Below, piece after piece: positions 18,706 through 21,883 of a DNA stretch of 21,883 bases (positions are counted from its first letter, which is position 1; the number at the start of each line of letters is the position of its first letter). This stretch comes from Fonticula alba ATCC 38817 (taxonomy: Eukaryota > Protista > Nucleariida): the NCBI GenBank assembly GCA_000388065.2, contig KB932204.1. One strand, written 5' to 3'. Below the pieces are notes generated by a model. It was given only the letters and a program-made list of their open reading frames with translations. It did no database searches and had not been told where the DNA came from. A program made the position numbers and the translations under genes.

Positions 18706-21211
18706 CTGTGTGCAAGTGGGTGGGTAAGCGGAAGGGGGGCGAGTGAGTGAGCGAGCGAGCGAGTCAGAGAGAGAGAGAGGGGGGGGGGAGGAGGAGGAGG
18801 GCGCAATGGCAGAGAAGAGAAACAAGGAGGGAATGCACAACACAGGCCTCTTGAGACTGTTTGGAGCGCTGAAAGCATAGATGGAGCTTCTCTTGGAGGC
18901 GACACGCACGTTCGATCGACTTGGACATATCGAAGTTGATGACCAGCGAAACATCCTTGACATCCAGGCCTCGCCCAGCCACATCGGTGGCCACCAAGAT
19001 GTCCTTGCTGCGATCCTTCAGGGCATTGATCGAGGCCTCTCTGTGAAAATGAGCGCAGGGTCGTGTGTGTGTGTGTGTGTGTGACATGGGAAAGTCAGTG
19101 GCCGGCGGCCAAGGGTCAAGTCAAAGAGGAGGAGATCAAGACGCACCGCTGGTCCTGGCGCTTGTCGCCGTGGATCACCGTGACACTGTACTGTGCGTGC
19201 CGGTGACACGGGGGAGGTTGAGGCAGGTATGACAGTCAGTCGGGCGGGGGGATCAATAGCTCGGTGCGGCAGGAGGGGAGAAACGCAATCTCGTACACCG
19301 CGGGTTTCCAGCCAGTTGCTGACATTGTCGGCCGTTCGGCGGTGATTGACGAAGATGATGATAGGGGGCTCGAAGAACTGATTGAGCACACTCTCCATGT
19401 GGGAGCTGGACGTCGAGGATGACCGGGGGGGGGGGGGAGGGGCGAAGAGGGGGAAGGAGGGCCCACATATCGCAGGCAAAAGGACAGCAAGGTCAACACG
19501 CCGGAACACACAGGCAGCGAACAACAAGCAACAAGCAGCAGCCAGCTGGCAGGGAGGGGGAGGGCGGGACGTACAACTTGGCGCTCTCCGTGCACATGAT
19601 GACACGCTGCTCCACGGTGTCCACCGACTGGCCAGCCACACCAATGGTGACAGTCACTGGTCGATGCATATACCTGTTGATGATTGCCAGCACCAGCATC
19701 CCAGGTGAGGCAGGGTGGGGTTAGAAGAAAAGGGAGGGACATCCCAGCGCAGGGCACGGCATTAGTCTGACAGTTCAAGCTTCAAGAAGCAGTCTGCATG
19801 GAGGCAAAGAAGAGCCCGGCAGACGGGGAGAAAAGGCAAAGGGCAGGAGGGCAAGGGAAGCATCAAGAGCACGCACTGCCGGGCAATCATCTCCACCGGA
19901 GGCTTCATGGTGGCCGTGAACATGACCGTCTGCCGGTAGAGGGACTTGACGTCGAGGAACTCCCCGGCCGCCGCCCGGTCCAACGGCCCGATGCCAAGCT
20001 CGTTGTCCAGGGACTCCGGGCGCTTGTTGCACACCGGCATGGCTTCCAGGATGGATGTCAGCTCCTTTTGGAAGTTCATCTCGATCATGACATCGGCCTC
20101 GTCAACCACCACATAAGTGCACTGGTTCAACACCACAACATGGCTTTCCAGACAGTCGAGCATGCGTCCCGGCGTGGCAATGACAATGTGCGCGCCGTCA
20201 GCCAATTGGCGACTCTGCTCGGCGATCGAGTGCCCGCCCACCACCGACACACAGCTGAACCCCAAGCGCGAGGAGAACTTCAGAGCCTCGGACTCCAGCT
20301 GCTGGGCCAACTCACGCGTGGGAGCCAGGATCAGTGCATACGGCCCATCAGCTCGGTTGCGTTCCGTCAATGGCGGCAGCCGCATGATGAACGACAGCAT
20401 GGGGATCATGAAGGCCGCTGTCTTACCGGAGCCGGTTTGCGCAATCCCAATGAGGTCGCGATTTTGCAGGCCCACCGGGATGGACTGCCGCTGGATCGGC
20501 GACGGGTCCTTGTACCCGATGTCCCGCACGGCGGCCAGGATCTGCTTCGGGATGGTCGACTCCTCCCAGGACCGGATTGGGTGTGGGATCTGCCCACCAC
20601 CCTTGACCGCAATGTCAAAGTCCTCCCGGAATACACTCCAATCCCGGGGGGTCATTTCGCTGAGAGCTTTGGTGGTCCAGTGGCGGGAGAATCTGACCGA
20701 GGGCGCGTGGTGTACGGAGGGTCAGCGGGCAAAAAGAGAGGAGAGGCAGCAGAAGGGGAGGGCAGGCCAAGGGGGGGGGGGGGGGGGGGCGCGTGATGAC
20801 GCACTCTTGCTTGATTTCAACCATGCCACCAACTTGGCCACGCCAAAACTGGCCGACCACACGGGGCTGCACTTCGTCCGAAGTATTGTCCTTCAGGTCC
20901 CAATCGAAGGTGGGACGCCGCTCGCCAGTGCGTCGAGTGCGTCGCTTCGGGTCACTACCGCCGACGTAGCGCTCCTGGGCGATGATGGCGTTGCGCTGTG
21001 TCAGTTACGAACATCGAAGCCGAGGGGAGAGGGGCAGGAGGCAACAGCTCGGCCATGACGAAGGGCACCGGTACACACCCGGATCAACTGGCTTTCGCGA
21101 GCTTGGACACGCTCATTGACCAGGGCCTCGAGAGCTTCGGGCGGAGCTCGGAGAAGGGTGTTCACATCGAGATCGCGCTCGGCCGCCAGAGCGCGAATGT
21201 CCTCCTCAGTG
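18512..21211 (-). CDS. DDX23: Pre-mRNA-splicing DEAD-box RNA helicase Prp28/DDX23 (spliced gene; exons 21211?-21079, 20995-20805, 20692-19877, 19673-19575, 19405-19297, 19190-19147, 19040-18910, 18705-18512; at least 571 aa; 5' end unresolved)
   Basis: The spliced translation contains the helicase motifs: Q (GYKDPSPIQ), I (AQTGSGKT), Ia (PTRELA), Ib (TPGR), II (DEAD), III (TAT), IV (IIIFVN), V ([10 protein letters not shown]) and VI ([10 protein letters not shown]). Prp28-type N-terminal segments are also present (ERYVGG...TFDWD; [30 protein letters not shown]). All seven junctions are GT-AG and phase-consistent. Stop TGA at 18512-18514. Confidence 0.95.
18744..18800. repeat. (GAGT/GAGC)n-(GA)n-poly-G compound microsatellite in the last DDX23 intron
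   Basis: Read directly. Confidence 0.8.
18910..19040 (-). CDS. DDX23: DDX23 exon (motif V)
   Basis: Encodes [43 protein letters not shown]. Acceptor TTTTCACAG|A, donor C|GTGCGT; 131 nt. Confidence 0.92.
19062..19083. repeat. (GT/CA)n microsatellite in a DDX23 intron
   Basis: Read directly. Confidence 0.85.
19147..19190 (-). CDS. DDX23: DDX23 small exon
   Basis: Encodes [14 protein letters not shown](R). Acceptor GCACAG|T, donor CG|GTGCGT; 44 nt. Confidence 0.9.
19297..19405 (-). CDS. DDX23: DDX23 exon (motif IV)
   Basis: Encodes [36 protein letters not shown]. Acceptor TCCAG|C, donor GGT|GTACGA; 109 nt. Confidence 0.9.
19575..19673 (-). CDS. DDX23: DDX23 exon
   Basis: Encodes [32 protein letters not shown]. 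Acceptor AACAG|G, donor TT|GTACGT; 99 nt. Confidence 0.9.
19877..20692 (-). CDS. DDX23: DDX23 exon encoding RecA domain 1 (Q motif to motif III)
   Basis: 816 nt, acceptor GGTCAG|A, donor CA|GTGCGT. Overlaps ORF 19762..20655. Confidence 0.95.
20805..20995 (-). CDS. DDX23: DDX23 exon
   Basis: Acceptor TAACTGACACAG| with a CTGAC branch point. Encodes [63 protein letters not shown]. Donor GA|GTGCGT; 191 nt. Confidence 0.85.
21079..21211 (-). CDS. DDX23: DDX23 exon (most 5' exon resolved; acceptor uncertain)
   Basis: Reads [45 protein letters not shown] and ends at donor CGG|GTGTGT (21078), phase 0 matching the next exon. The acceptor is a weak AAG at 21212 close to a gap. Confidence 0.6.
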
Positions 21212-21253
21212 CTTGGGGGATTCCACAGGAACCCCGTCGAGAGAGAGAGAGAG

Positions 21254-21263
21254 NNNNNNNNNN
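21254..21263. other. Assembly gap (10 N) next to a (GA)n repeat, within the DDX23 5' region
   Basis: N run. Confidence 0.99.
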
Positions 21264-21883
21264 TCCTAACTCTCCAAGCCCAGGGCGCTGCACCAAATAC
21301 TGAGGCACAGGGTGACCCGCGCGTTTGCCTTCTCTCTCTCAGGAATAACCATGCCCCTTCGCGCGGGCTCTCTGCGTTAGCCGACGAAACTCGGTCCTCC
21401 TGGCAGTTGCAAATTAACCACACCGTTCAGAGAGCGAGGGAGAGAGAGTTACACGCCGGAGGAGGATGGCGAGGAAAAGATACAGCGGCCTCGCCTCCCG
21501 GAGGCGAGGCGACACAGTTTAACATCGCACCATTGCCCCGACAGAGTGAGGCGGTCCCAGGCTCACCTTGAGCAGGGCTCAGGCCCCCTTAGCCGGGCAA
21601 GAACACTGAGAGACGTGCACTCGACCTCCCCCCCGCGTCCACGGCAGCGCGGTGCTCCACCAGAAGGCCGTGCAATCGACCGGAGACCCTTTGCTGAAAA
21701 TGAGAGCGCCCAGGACCGAGGACCGGGAGAGGCGATCCTGGCACCTCGGATGCCCGCCTCCGGACGGAGGAATGGCCCCGGGGGCGAAGCGTCAGCCAGC
21801 CGGGCAGGCCCGAGGTGCTCTGTGCCAAGCGCACCTCTGGGGACCATGAGCGAGTGAAGGGGGCCACCGCTTCCCCCCCCCCC

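Noticed and set aside
19762-19876. C-terminal tail of ORF 19762..20655 ([16 protein letters not shown]...) as a membrane anchor
   Set aside because: It is read-through into an intron after the GTGCGT donor. The helicase continues in downstream exons.
19798-21058. Plus-strand ORFs of 332 and 313 aa
   Set aside because: Antisense to the DDX23 exons, which carry all the helicase motifs.
1-21883. tRNA, rRNA, snRNA, transposase/reverse transcriptase or telomeric repeats
   Set aside because: I found no recognisable signature by eye. A tRNAscan-SE, Rfam and RepeatMasker run would be needed to exclude diverged copies.

Overview
Very GC-rich, intron-containing eukaryotic genomic DNA with many poly-G/poly-C runs, microsatellites and three assembly gaps (9231-9285, 17524-18153, 21254-21263). 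The style fits a GC-rich protist or early-diverging opisthokont such as Fonticula, but this is an unverified inference. Most entries in the ORF track are artefacts of stop-codon scarcity or antisense shadows. Two spliced minus-strand genes can be rebuilt by hand with phase-consistent GT-AG junctions. (1) A spliceosomal DEAD-box helicase of the Prp28/DDX23 family spans 18512 to at least 21211, with 8 exons resolved and the 5' end uncertain. (2) An uncharacterised protein of about 1,240 aa (about 9821-16234) has an N-terminal U-box and dispersed TPR-like repeats, the reverse of the CHIP/STUB1 domain order. I could not assign any gene, RNA gene or mobile element in 1-9400. I see no multi-gene novel system. 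The best leads are the U-box/TPR protein, a strong GTRCGT (+4 C) splice-donor preference, and a Prp28 with a diverged sequence after its DEAD motif and a shortened N-terminal linker.
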